DNA of 64,000 nucleotides from Candidatus Peribacteria bacterium (GTDB lineage: Bacteria > Patescibacteriota > Gracilibacteria > Peribacterales > Peribacteraceae), in assembly GCA_018652265.1 (NCBI GenBank), contig JABICL010000030.1, positions 6,818 through 70,817 of the forward strand. Direction: 5' to 3'. Under the pieces are notes generated by a model, which saw only the letters and a list, made by a program, of their open reading frames with translations, was not told where the DNA came from and searched no databases. The translations under genes were made by a program, and so were the position numbers. Below, in pieces: positions 27,083 to 36,216 of this stretch. Position 1 is the first letter of the stretch. Each line of letters starts with the position of its first letter.

Positions 27083-27110
27083 GCGATCTGCGATCCGCGG
27101 TCTGCGATCC
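27083..27110. repeat. Heptad block GCGATCY x4, left flank of the four-helix-bundle gene
   Basis: gcgatct gcgatcc gcggtct gcgatcc, starts 3 nt after the lexA stop. Confidence 0.85.
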
Positions 27111-27129
27111 GATTTCCATAGAATTTACC

Positions 27130-27516
27130 ATGATGAAATTATCATTCAAGGATCTAAGAGTTTGGACTAAGGGAATAGAACTTGTAGACATTGTCTACAG
27201 AATTACAGAGGGTTTTCCTAAAAATGAATTGTATGGTCTCACTTCTCAATCAAGGCGTTCTGCAGTATCTATACCATCTAATATTGCCGAAGGTAGTCAA
27301 AGAACATCTGACAAAGAATTTGGAAATTACATTTTAATTGCCAAGGGCTCTCTTGCTGAACTACATACACAAATGATAATTGCAAATAGGCGCGGCTGGC
27401 TGAATTCCTCAAAAGAGAAAGATTTATTCACAATAATAGATGATTTGAGCAAAATGTTATATTCACTACGCAAAAAACTGAACACGGAGCGCGGAGCGCG
27501 GATCACGGAACGCTAG
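27130..27516 (+). CDS. Four-helix-bundle protein (23S rRNA intervening-sequence protein family)
   Basis: KDLRVW, SIPSNIAEG, AKGSLAELHTQ motifs; TAGAAT 5 nt upstream of ATG 27130. Confidence 0.8.
   Translation: MMKLSFKDLRVWTKGIELVDIVYRITEGFPKNELYGLTSQSRRSAVSIPSNIAEGSQRTSDKEFGNYILIAKGSLAELHTQMIIANRRGWLNSSKEKDLFTIIDDLSKMLYSLRKKLNTERGARITER
27481..27515. repeat. Heptad block, right flank of the four-helix-bundle gene
   Basis: aacacgg agcgcgg agcgcgg atcacgg aacgcta; CGCGGATC complementary to GATCCGCG in the left block; includes the stop codon. Confidence 0.8.
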
Positions 27517-27530
27517 TATATAATGTATTC

Positions 27531-29726
27531 GTGACAAAAGAAGATCCAATTAAAAATCTTAGAGCAAGAATATCCAGGGCACCAAAAAAGCCTGGTATTT
27601 ATCGTTGGTTAAATTCCAGTGATAATATTTTGTATGTAGGCAAAGCAAAAGACTTGCGAGCACGCATGAAGAGTTATGTGCAAAAAAATCCAGACAAATC
27701 ACTTGGGCCTTGGAAGCTTGCACTACTTAAACATATAGAAGATGTAGATTGGACTGTTACGGATAATGAGCTTGAGGCTTTAATCTTGGAAACGAATCTA
27801 ATAAAAGAACATCATCCAAAATATAACGTCCTCATGAAGGATGATAAAAATTATGTGTATGTGATGATTACCAGAGATGAGTTTCCTCATATAGAAATAG
27901 TTAGGAATATGCAGGAAATAAAAAAGGGGGCAAAAGAAGCCGTATATTTTGGCCCTTTTACGAGTTTAACTCGTATAAAACAAGCTCTGGAACTACTAGA
28001 TGAAATCTTTGGATACCGCGCCTGTAAACGGTCTGTTGAGCAATTAAACAAAGATTCCAACGTAAAATGTAAACAATGTACAGAGTCTCAGATAGGTAAA
28101 TGTAATGGGCTTTGTATGGGAAAGGTTTCAAAAAATGAATACTTCGAAAGAATAGAAGAAGTAAAAAGATTCTTCAGAGGAAATCATGAGCATATGATAA
28201 AAAAATTAAAAGAAATGATAGAAACAGCAGCAAAAAATATGAAATTTGAACGTGCGGCAAGATGTAGAGATACACTTGAATTTATAAAATCTCTATCTGA
28301 GCAACAAATTGTTTCTGGGACATCAGGAGAAGATACGGATATATTTGGTGTAGCTATTCAAGCAGATAAAGCTCAGATAGTACTGCTTCAGGAACGTAAT
28401 GGAAGAATAATCAATGAACTCAGTTTTTCTGTAAAAGGAACCGCAGATTCTTCTTTTGAAGTATTATCTCAGTTCTTGCCTCAATACTACAGAGAATCCC
28501 CTACTATCCCCAATACAATAATTGTAAGTAAAGACTTCGAGGAAACCTCATTATTTGAAAAATGGATAAATAAAGAACTTAGCTCTGACAAAAAAATCTC
28601 GATAAAAATTCCAGAAAGAGGCAAAAAATCTAAGCTTCTCAAAATGGCAGAAGAAAATGCAAAAGAGAAAGCAGCAAAAGAACTTGCAAGCTGGGAATCT
28701 GCAGCACACAAAATAGAAACTGCACTAAATGAGCTTAAAGATGCACTTAAATTAAAAGAAAAACCAAAACGAATAGAATGTTATGACATATCACACATGG
28801 GAGGCACGGAAACTGTTGGTAGTATGGTTGTTTTTGTAAATGGTAAATCAAAAAACGATCAATACAGATCTTTTACTATAAAAACAATGAAAGATGGGGA
28901 AATAGATGATTATAAAGCGATACAAGAAGTTTTTACTCGTAGATTAAGACATTTAGCTAAGGGAATTAAAGAGGAAGAAACTGCCTGGGCAAAGAACAAA
29001 ATTTCTTTTTCTAAAGCCAAAAAGGATGAGATAGAAAATATAAAAGAATTTATGGAACAGGAAGAAGAACACCTAAGTCCAGAAGATTTGAATCACGAAG
29101 ATTTCATTGTCGGAAAAATTGGAGATAAAATCATATCTTTCGGCAGACTTCTAAAACACTCTCCAAATGAAATAGAAATTAAGTCAGCTTGGGTTCATCC
29201 AAGTCACAGAAATAAAGGTCTAGGAACTTTCATGGTTAGAAAACTACTGCAAAAAGCTAACAAAATGAAATTTAAGAAAGTTTATATAAGAATATTTGTT
29301 GAAATGGAGGAATTCTATTCGTCTATGGGATTTGTAAGAGTAAAAACACTTCCTCCAGTTATAGGTAAAAAAGTGGCAGAAATAAGAAAAAATCATCCAG
29401 ACATTAATGGCACAACAATGGTATACATTTTCTCTGAAAATAAAGAAGATTCTTCACTTGGAACAAAGCCTGATCTAATAGTTATAGATGGAGGAAAAGG
29501 GCAATTGGGGGTAGGAGTAAAAGCTCTAAAGGCAGCAAAACTCAAGATTCCAATAATATCGCTCGCTAAACGAGAAGAAGAGGTTTTTGTGCCTAGAGTG
29601 GCAAAACCAATTCAATTTCCAAAAGACTCCGAATCTCTATTTATACTTATGAGACTTAGAGATGAAGCGCATAGATTTGCGAATAGACATAGGGAGAAGA
29701 AAATGAAGAACTCAGTTTTGGGATAG
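27531..29726 (+). CDS. uvrC: Excinuclease ABC subunit C with an inserted GNAT acetyltransferase-like domain; no C-terminal HhH2
   Basis: GIY-YIG (GIYRW..LYVGKAKDLRARM), Cys cluster, UVR helix pair, endonuclease domain (YDISHMGG .. VIDGGKGQL .. DEAHRFA); about 170 aa between RRLRHL and KPDLIVIDGG contain VHPSHRNKGLGTFMVRKLL; TATAAT 6 nt upstream of GTG. Confidence 0.88.
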   Translation: MTKEDPIKNLRARISRAPKKPGIYRWLNSSDNILYVGKAKDLRARMKSYVQKNPDKSLGPWKLALLKHIEDVDWTVTDNELEALILETNLIKEHHPKYNVLMKDDKNYVYVMITRDEFPHIEIVRNMQEIKKGAKEAVYFGPFTSLTRIKQALELLDEIFGYRACKRSVEQLNKDSNVKCKQCTESQIGKCNGLCMGKVSKNEYFERIEEVKRFFRGNHEHMIKKLKEMIETAAKNMKFERAARCRDTLEFIKSLSEQQIVSGTSGEDTDIFGVAIQADKAQIVLLQERNGRIINELSFSVKGTADSSFEVLSQFLPQYYRESPTIPNTIIVSKDFEETSLFEKWINKELSSDKKISIKIPERGKKSKLLKMAEENAKEKAAKELASWESAAHKIETALNELKDALKLKEKPKRIECYDISHMGGTETVGSMVVFVNGKSKNDQYRSFTIKTMKDGEIDDYKAIQEVFTRRLRHLAKGIKEEETAWAKNKISFSKAKKDEIENIKEFMEQEEEHLSPEDLNHEDFIVGKIGDKIISFGRLLKHSPNEIEIKSAWVHPSHRNKGLGTFMVRKLLQKANKMKFKKVYIRIFVEMEEFYSSMGFVRVKTLPPVIGKKVAEIRKNHPDINGTTMVYIFSENKEDSSLGTKPDLIVIDGGKGQLGVGVKALKAAKLKIPIISLAKREEEVFVPRVAKPIQFPKDSESLFILMRLRDEAHRFANRHREKKMKNSVLG

Positions 29727-29742
29727 CATTGCAAACTTCAAC

Positions 29743-30129
29743 ATGCAGTCATATACTCCCAGAGCTATGAAAAAACTAAACTTCATTATCGGCGCACTTG
29801 GCGGAGCAATGACAGGATATCTTCTTAGTAATGAAGATCTCAGAAAGAAACTATCAAAAGCAAAAAATCACGGAGAAGCAGCTAAGATTCTTGGAAAAGA
29901 ATTACAGAGAAGTGGGAAGAAAGTCGCAAAAGAAGCAAAAGAGCTTATAGAAAAGGATGATGTTCACGAAAAATTTGGCGAATGGAAGACATATTTTTTA
30001 GAAGAAGGAGAAAAGCTTGGTGTAAAAGCAAAAAAAGCAGCTAAAAAGACTGCAAAGAACGTAAAGAAGAAAGCAGCTAAATCTTGCAAGAAAGCCTGCA
30101 AGAAAGCAAAATCTAAGCTTAAGAAGTAG
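29743..30129 (+). CDS. YtxH-like protein (membrane anchor plus Lys-rich helical tail)
   Basis: GALGGAMTGYLL anchor; start may be ATG 29767 (TATACT 9 nt upstream). Confidence 0.55.
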   Translation: MQSYTPRAMKKLNFIIGALGGAMTGYLLSNEDLRKKLSKAKNHGEAAKILGKELQRSGKKVAKEAKELIEKDDVHEKFGEWKTYFLEEGEKLGVKAKKAAKKTAKNVKKKAAKSCKKACKKAKSKLKK

Positions 30130-30135
30130 TTATAA

Positions 30136-30231
30136 ATGTCATGCTGAGCCGTGCTGAGCAAGTTGAACTTGAAGCAGAGCGACAAAGTCGCGATGCTTAA
30201 GTTCTACGAGTCGAAGTACGTGTCGAAGCAT
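30136..30231 (+). repeat. Repeat family A, copy 4
   Basis: 96 bp between convergent 29743..30129 and pnp. Confidence 0.9.
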
Positions 30232-30241
30232 ATAGGGCAGA

Positions 30242-32476
30242 CTAACGTCTACCCCTATTGCCTCCACGATTGCTACCTCGTCTTTCACCTCTGTCATCCC
30301 CCATGCCCTCAGGTCTTTCCTGTAGCTGCTTGATAGAAAGCCTTGTTTTTCCATCCATAGCATTATATTCAACGCATTTTGCCTTCACTTCATCCCCTAC
30401 ATTTAGAACATCTTCTACATTCTCTGTTCTCTTCCACTGAAGCTCAGAAATATGAATCATTGCATCTTTACCTTTAAGGAATTCTACAATTGCTCCAACT
30501 CCATCAATTATTCTTACAACCTTAGCATCATAAATTGCATCAACCTCTGGTTTTGCCACTATGCCTTCGATCCATTCTTTTGCCTTTGTCATAGATTCTC
30601 CGTCTGCAGATGTGACAAATATCAGACCACTATCTTCTATATCTATTTCTACACCAAGTTCACCCGTAATCTTCTGAATAGTTTCTCCTCCCTTTCCTAT
30701 TACCAAACGAATATCATCTGGATTTATATTTATAGTCTCTATGCGTGGAGCATATGGACTCATTTCTTTTCTGTACTCAGGTATAGCAGAAAGCATTGCC
30801 TCAAGAATTGTTGCTCTGCCAACTTTTGATTTAGCTAAAGCTTCTTCAAATACGCTATCAGGTAGTCCCTTTATTTTGATATCCATCTGGATAGCAGTTA
30901 CACCTTTCTCTGTCCCCGTAACTTTGAAATCCATATCTCCTCCGAAGTCTTCTTCGTCCTGAAGATCAGAAAGTACAACGTATTTTCCTTTTTCTTCATC
31001 GGACATAAGTCCGAGAGCAATTCCAGATACAGGATTCGTAATTGGAACTCCTGCAGCCATAAGAGCAAGAGTAGATCCACAAGTAGCTGCCATAGAAGAA
31101 GATCCATTACTTTCTAGAATTTCTGTGACTGTTCTAATTGTGTATGGGAAATCTTCCTCGGAAGGAATAACCGGCAAAAGACCTTTCTCTGCGAGCCTAC
31201 CATGTCCAATTTCTCTATTTCCCACAAAAAGACGATTTGATGTCTCACCTACAGAAAACGGTGGGAAATTATAATGATGCATGTATCTAAGCTCTTTTTC
31301 GCCCTCCATACCCTCTACAAGCTGTTTGTCGCCAGGAGCGCCAAGTGTACACGTTGTAAGACCTTGTGTTTCTCCACGTTGGAATAGTGCAGATCCATGA
31401 ACACGCTTAGGTAGTACATCTACTATCGAACCAAGTGGCCTAATCTCATCTACACCTCTGCTACTCATACGAATTCCTTCATCTATTACTAAGCGACGAA
31501 CCTCTTTCTTTATGATTTTATCTACAAACGTAGAAGCATTCTTTAGAAGCTCTTCTTTCTCTTCTTCTGAAGCTACTTTTATTTCTCCGCTTTCAATTTT
31601 TTCCTCGACTTGTTCAGAAGCACCATTCATAAGATCAGTGAAAATTCTTCTTCTTTCTAGTTTATCTAGATCATCCTTTATGGCTTTTGTAATAGTAGGA
31701 AGTGATGCTGTTTCTAATATTTTGTAAGCGTCACCGTGCTCATAAACAGTTGGGGCTTCGAATTTTTCTTTTCCTATCTCTTTCTTTATATCTGCAAAGA
31801 ATCTAGCAATTTTCTGAGCCCACTTCTTACCAAATTCTATTGCTCTAAGTATTTCTTCCTCTGGAAGCTCATTAGCTCCTGCTTCTATCATCACAATACG
31901 TTCGAGAGATGCAGTAAGGAACATATCTAAATCTGCTTTCTTCCTAGCTTCTCTGGATGGATTTAGAACCAATTCTCCTCCTATCATACTTACTCTTACA
32001 GACCCTAGAGGGCCATCACATGGACAACTAGAAATAGCTACAGCTAGATTTGCAGCATTGGAAGCTGCAACATCATGCTCGTTATCAAAATCATAAGAAA
32101 GCACAGTGCAGAAAACTTGAATATCATTGTGCAAAGTTTTTGGGAACATTGGTCTAAGTCCCCTGTCTATTATTCTGCCAAGAAGAACATAATCATCATT
32201 TGGTCTTCCTTCACGCTTTCTAAATCTTGAACCTCCTATCTTGCCTCCAGCATAAAACTTTTCTTGGTATACGACCTGTAAAGGTAAAAAATCTACTCCA
32301 TCACGAGCTCTACTAGAAATAGTACAATTACTCATACATACTGTATCGCCCATTTGGCACAAAACAGTTCCACTTGATTGTCTAGCAAGCATTCCTGTTT
32401 TTACAGTCATAGGCTTATCACCTAGATCTAGGGAATATTCTTTTGCTGAAAGTTCAGCGACCTTTGATTTGGACAT
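30242..32476 (-). CDS. pnp: Polyribonucleotide nucleotidyltransferase (PNPase)
   Basis: 744 aa; two RNase PH domains, KH, S1, RG-rich tail. Confidence 0.95.
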   Translation of the reverse strand: MSKSKVAELSAKEYSLDLGDKPMTVKTGMLARQSSGTVLCQMGDTVCMSNCTISSRARDGVDFLPLQVVYQEKFYAGGKIGGSRFRKREGRPNDDYVLLGRIIDRGLRPMFPKTLHNDIQVFCTVLSYDFDNEHDVAASNAANLAVAISSCPCDGPLGSVRVSMIGGELVLNPSREARKKADLDMFLTASLERIVMIEAGANELPEEEILRAIEFGKKWAQKIARFFADIKKEIGKEKFEAPTVYEHGDAYKILETASLPTITKAIKDDLDKLERRRIFTDLMNGASEQVEEKIESGEIKVASEEEKEELLKNASTFVDKIIKKEVRRLVIDEGIRMSSRGVDEIRPLGSIVDVLPKRVHGSALFQRGETQGLTTCTLGAPGDKQLVEGMEGEKELRYMHHYNFPPFSVGETSNRLFVGNREIGHGRLAEKGLLPVIPSEEDFPYTIRTVTEILESNGSSSMAATCGSTLALMAAGVPITNPVSGIALGLMSDEEKGKYVVLSDLQDEEDFGGDMDFKVTGTEKGVTAIQMDIKIKGLPDSVFEEALAKSKVGRATILEAMLSAIPEYRKEMSPYAPRIETININPDDIRLVIGKGGETIQKITGELGVEIDIEDSGLIFVTSADGESMTKAKEWIEGIVAKPEVDAIYDAKVVRIIDGVGAIVEFLKGKDAMIHISELQWKRTENVEDVLNVGDEVKAKCVEYNAMDGKTRLSIKQLQERPEGMGDDRGERRGSNRGGNRGRR

Positions 32477-32486
32477 GATATAGATT

Positions 32487-32510
32487 GGAAAGGATATAAC
32501 TCACCTTTCC
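32487..32510 (-). promoter_or_regulatory. Stem-loop 10 nt upstream of the pnp start
   Basis: GGAAAGG-10 nt-CCTTTCC. Confidence 0.5.
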
Positions 32511-32710
32511 ATCAACGCTTATTTTTTACCTCTCCCATTTTGGATTCACATTTGAAGCTCGTCTGCGTGACACGAACCTCGAACGTAAACCCAGAGAGAC
32601 AGCGATAATGGAAGGATCTGGCACCAGTGTACACCCACCTTTACAAAATCGCAATTCGTGAGATTTACACACAAATACAAGAAAAGTCCTCTTCTCAGAG
32701 GGGCTCTAAT

Positions 32711-33127
32711 CTAGAAATGCAATTGTCGTACTTTAACAATAATGCCATCTCTAGTAGCATCAGTCTTCAATTTACAATCTTCACATAGAACTATACTTCT
32801 CACTTCTGCGCATATTTCATCAGAACAACCAAAAACTCTAAGTCCAGCATCTATCTGTTCTAGAGTACGCAAATCATGCAAATGAAATTGGCCAGACACA
32901 CCTTTTATATCAGACACACCACTCTGCCTCATTCTTGTGCTACAAGCATAATATGGCCTTTCTGCCCCACATGTTTTTGATTTATCTACTTCTCCATCCT
33001 CTCCCCTAAATTCTTCCAGAAAAACTCCAAAATATTCAACTACTGCCCTAACTGGATTACCATCAGATCCAATTAATTGTTCATCTGCCGCAAATGTTTC
33101 TTGCATTGTACTCATGTAACGGTACAA
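32711..33127 (-). CDS. Cys-rich hypothetical protein (138 aa)
   Basis: ORF only; followed by hairpin CCTCT-gaga-AGAGG + ACTTTTCTT (32680-32704). Confidence 0.5.
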   Translation of the reverse strand: MYRYMSTMQETFAADEQLIGSDGNPVRAVVEYFGVFLEEFRGEDGEVDKSKTCGAERPYYACSTRMRQSGVSDIKGVSGQFHLHDLRTLEQIDAGLRVFGCSDEICAEVRSIVLCEDCKLKTDATRDGIIVKVRQLHF

Positions 33128-33180
33128 GAGTACACATGTGAATACAAAAAATCAAGGAAAATAAGAAAAAATCTTCCACA

Positions 33181-33212
33181 ATTGTTCATTATTCATTATT
33201 CATTGTTCATTT
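33181..33212. repeat. Heptad block ATTRTTC x4 (+1) overlapping a stop codon
   Basis: attgttc attattc attattc attgttc atttt. Confidence 0.85.
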
Positions 33213-33487
33213 TTTTGAAGGCGCTTCAAAAACAGCTTAGCACCCCCAGATCCTTCGCTTATAACCCTAGAACCACGAGTAACCTTACTTATGCTTATGC
33301 CTAATTTCTTAGCTATTGTCCTCTGTGGAACTCCATCTGAAAGATCTTTAAGCTCCTTCCATCTCTTACTTATAGACTCAAGCTCAGAAGGAGTAAGAAT
33401 GTCCTCAAGTAGCATCTGTGCTTCTTTTTCTGATCGAATAGAAGTAAATAGCTTATACAAATCCTTTTTGAGCTCAGATTTATTCAT
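33200..33487 (-). CDS. TrpR-like (YerC/YecD family) DNA-binding protein
   Basis: SELESISKRW .. QRTIAKKLGISISKVTRGS HTH; start set to ATG 33487 (TGcTACAAT 8 nt upstream). Confidence 0.8.
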   Translation of the reverse strand: MNKSELKKDLYKLFTSIRSEKEAQMLLEDILTPSELESISKRWKELKDLSDGVPQRTIAKKLGISISKVTRGSRVISEGSGGAKLFLKRLQKNEQ

Positions 33488-33548
33488 GAAACCTGATTGT
33501 AGCAAAAACAACCACTACTGCGCTACTCTCCTGCCTTCCTAATACACC

Positions 33549-33815
33549 TTAGCGCTTTAAACCATTCTTCTTGATTACTTCTTCATACTCCTTTGTTTCA
33601 TGCATTTTCATGTAGTTTAAAGTCTTTCTTCTCTGAGCAACTTTACCTAGAAGTCCACGACGTGCAGATTCATCTTTCTTATGCTCCTTCAGATGATCTG
33701 AAAGGAGATTTATTTCTGTGGTCAGAATTGCGATTTGGACGTGGGAAGACCCAGTATCCTTTTCGTGTATCTGATGTTTGCCAATCAATTTCTTCTTGTC
33801 TGTTCGTGTAAGCAT
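33549..33815 (-). CDS. rpsO: 30S ribosomal protein S15
   Basis: GSSHVQIAILTTEINLLSDHLKEHKKD; start set to ATG 33815. Confidence 0.93.
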   Translation of the reverse strand: MLTRTDKKKLIGKHQIHEKDTGSSHVQIAILTTEINLLSDHLKEHKKDESARRGLLGKVAQRRKTLNYMKMHETKEYEEVIKKNGLKR

Positions 33816-33883
33816 ACGCAAGGTGGGACTTTATCAGTGGAAAACGAACCACGCAAGGGAAAAGCTCAAAAAAAGAGCTCTAT

Positions 33884-34684
33884 TTAGCAAATTCTCTCAA
33901 TATTTGAGATTTTTTCTCCATAAAAAATAGATCCGAGCTCAGAAAATCTATTTAGACTCCCTGTAGTCAGGAATACTGTCTCCCCTCCCTTTTTTATCTC
34001 ATACTCAGGGTGTCTCTTCATATAATCCATAAGCTTTCTAGAAACTACATCAGGAGTATTTAGAATTTTGCACTTACTACTCATTTTCTTCTCGAAAAGC
34101 TTCCTCATAGTTTCATAATGAGTGCATCCAAGTACTAATACATCTGGATTTGATGATTTGATAGAGGAAAGATAGAACCTAAGAATCCTATTTGTTTCAG
34201 GCTTATTTATCCACCCCTCTTCTACAAGAGGCACAAGTAGTGGACATGCTTTTTGGGTTACATTTGCATTCATATTTATCTTTTTAATTTCATCAACATA
34301 AGCGCCTGATTCTATGGTTCCCCTAGTGCCCACTACTCCTATTCTTCCATTTTTAGAAATGCTTACAGCTTCCTCTGCAAGCGGTCTAACTACACCTATA
34401 ATATTTTTCTTTTCTCCACTTAGAGTTGGCAACCAATCTTGTTGCAGGGTACGCAAAGTATCTGCAGATGCAGTATTACAAGCTAGTAATATCAAATTAC
34501 ATCCTCTACTAAATAATTCTTCACAACACTCTTTTGTGTATTTAGTAACGACTTCCCTACTTCTATTCCCATAAGGAGTTCGTGCACTATCGCCCAAATA
34601 GGCGATAGAAATATCAGGACATTTCTCTCGAATTCCTCTAAGGACAGTAAGTCCGCCAAATCCTGAATCAAACACTCCAAGCAC
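33884..34684 (-). CDS. murI: Glutamate racemase
   Basis: FDSGFGGLTV, LACNTAS, LGCTHY motifs; GTG start. Confidence 0.92.
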   Translation of the reverse strand: MLGVFDSGFGGLTVLRGIREKCPDISIAYLGDSARTPYGNRSREVVTKYTKECCEELFSRGCNLILLACNTASADTLRTLQQDWLPTLSGEKKNIIGVVRPLAEEAVSISKNGRIGVVGTRGTIESGAYVDEIKKINMNANVTQKACPLLVPLVEEGWINKPETNRILRFYLSSIKSSNPDVLVLGCTHYETMRKLFEKKMSSKCKILNTPDVVSRKLMDYMKRHPEYEIKKGGETVFLTTGSLNRFSELGSIFYGEKISNIERIC

Positions 34685-34746
34685 CGTTATAGTCTATAGC
34701 ATTTTCCCCCACTCTTTCTTCCAAAAAAGATGGCTTAAGTGCTACA

Positions 34747-36213
34747 ATGAAAAATCCAATGGAGACGATACTTGAACTCTTGAGACGGCTTAATGGAAAT
34801 ATATCCAAAAAAGAGGTAGATGATCTAAAAGATGCATATGAAATGTCATGTGAGATTTATGGAAATGAACAATATATAACTGGTGAATACTTATCTACAC
34901 ATGTAAAAGAGGTAACAAAAATGCTACTTCCAATGCATCCGGAAACAAAAATAATAATCTCTGCACTTTTACAACACGTTAGAAATCCAGAAGATTTAAG
35001 AAAAATAGAAAAAAGATTTGGCAAAGATGTTAGAAGAGCCGTTGCATCTCTTGGGGTACTTGAAAACGAATGTAGAAGAAGCCACAGTCATTCAAAATCA
35101 CAGCTAAATAAAATGTTACTCGCGCTCTCTGAAGATGTTCGAGTTCTTATAATTTGCCTACATGATCATGCCCATGTTTTAAATAATTCGCATCACATGG
35201 AACATAAGGCAAAAATAGGAGTAGCTAGAGAAATTTTGGAAGTATTTGCCCCACTATGCGCTAAGCTTGGAATTTATTCTCTTAAATACACGCTAGAAAA
35301 CAGAGCATTTTCTATACTTTATCCTCAAGAGGCAGAAGACATAGAAAAATCATTTGAGGCAATACATAGAAAAAATGGCAATTTGCTTCCATCTGCAGAG
35401 CTTGCTCTAACAAGAACACTAAAATCCGAAGGCATAGAATGTGAGATATCACATAGAAAAAAATATCCTTATAGTATTTTTCGCAAAATGCATAAAAAGG
35501 GCATAACTAACATGGTTGATTTGTATGACTTATTTGGAACGCGAGTACTCGTAGATTCTGTAGAAGATTGCTACAGAGTACTTGGAATACTTCATAGAAC
35601 ATACAGACCTATTCTTCACAGAATAAAAGACTACATAGGAATGCCAAAGCCAAATGGATACAGATCGCTTCATACTACACTTCTTGGATTAAGCTCAGAA
35701 AGCTTAACTATGCCAGTGGAAGTACAAATACGAACCAACGAAATGGATAAAGAAGCTGAATATGGAATCGCAGCACATTGGAATTATGAGAAAAAAGGTT
35801 CATCCGAACCACTCATAAACAAAATGTGGTCAAACAGGATGCAAAGAATGCATGCAATATCTAATTCATCTTCTATGGAAGAAGAAGACATACATGAAGA
35901 AATAGCAGATAGAATATATGTCCTCACTCCAAAAGGAGATCCAATAGAACTTAGAAAAGACTCCACACCACTGGATTTTGCATTCCAGATACATTCAGAC
36001 ATAGGACTAAAATTCAAAATGGCAAAAGTAAATGGTGCAGTTGCACCCATAGATCATCATCTAGAAAATGGTGATGTAGTAGAAATATTAGTCAGAAAAA
36101 ATCCAACACCATCAGAGCAATGGATTTCTATATGCAGAACAAAAGATGCCAGAGCAAGACTAAGAGCATTCTTTCATGATAAGCCAAATAAAAAGATTGG
36201 GGCCAGGAAATAA
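34747..36213 (+). CDS. rel: RelA/SpoT homolog (HD-like, synthetase, TGS; no ACT)
   Basis: YRSLHTTL, EVQIRT synthetase motifs; TGS (IYVLTPKGDPIEL); HD motif replaced (ALLQHV). Confidence 0.85.
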   Translation: MKNPMETILELLRRLNGNISKKEVDDLKDAYEMSCEIYGNEQYITGEYLSTHVKEVTKMLLPMHPETKIIISALLQHVRNPEDLRKIEKRFGKDVRRAVASLGVLENECRRSHSHSKSQLNKMLLALSEDVRVLIICLHDHAHVLNNSHHMEHKAKIGVAREILEVFAPLCAKLGIYSLKYTLENRAFSILYPQEAEDIEKSFEAIHRKNGNLLPSAELALTRTLKSEGIECEISHRKKYPYSIFRKMHKKGITNMVDLYDLFGTRVLVDSVEDCYRVLGILHRTYRPILHRIKDYIGMPKPNGYRSLHTTLLGLSSESLTMPVEVQIRTNEMDKEAEYGIAAHWNYEKKGSSEPLINKMWSNRMQRMHAISNSSSMEEEDIHEEIADRIYVLTPKGDPIELRKDSTPLDFAFQIHSDIGLKFKMAKVNGAVAPIDHHLENGDVVEILVRKNPTPSEQWISICRTKDARARLRAFFHDKPNKKIGARK

Positions 36214-36216
36214 AAT

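Noticed and set aside
27130-27516. Four-helix-bundle protein as the Avd accessory protein of a diversity-generating retroelement
   Set aside because: No reverse transcriptase ORF and no template/variable repeat pair are visible anywhere in the window.
32530-32650. SRP RNA (4.5S), 6S RNA or tmRNA in the GC-rich pnp leader, and likewise in the rplJ leader (47134-47243)
   Set aside because: GGAA-containing segments are present. However, the closing base pairs and the conserved AGCA/GGUCAGG symmetric-loop motifs of SRP RNA are not. I could build no tRNA-like or 6S-like fold by hand.
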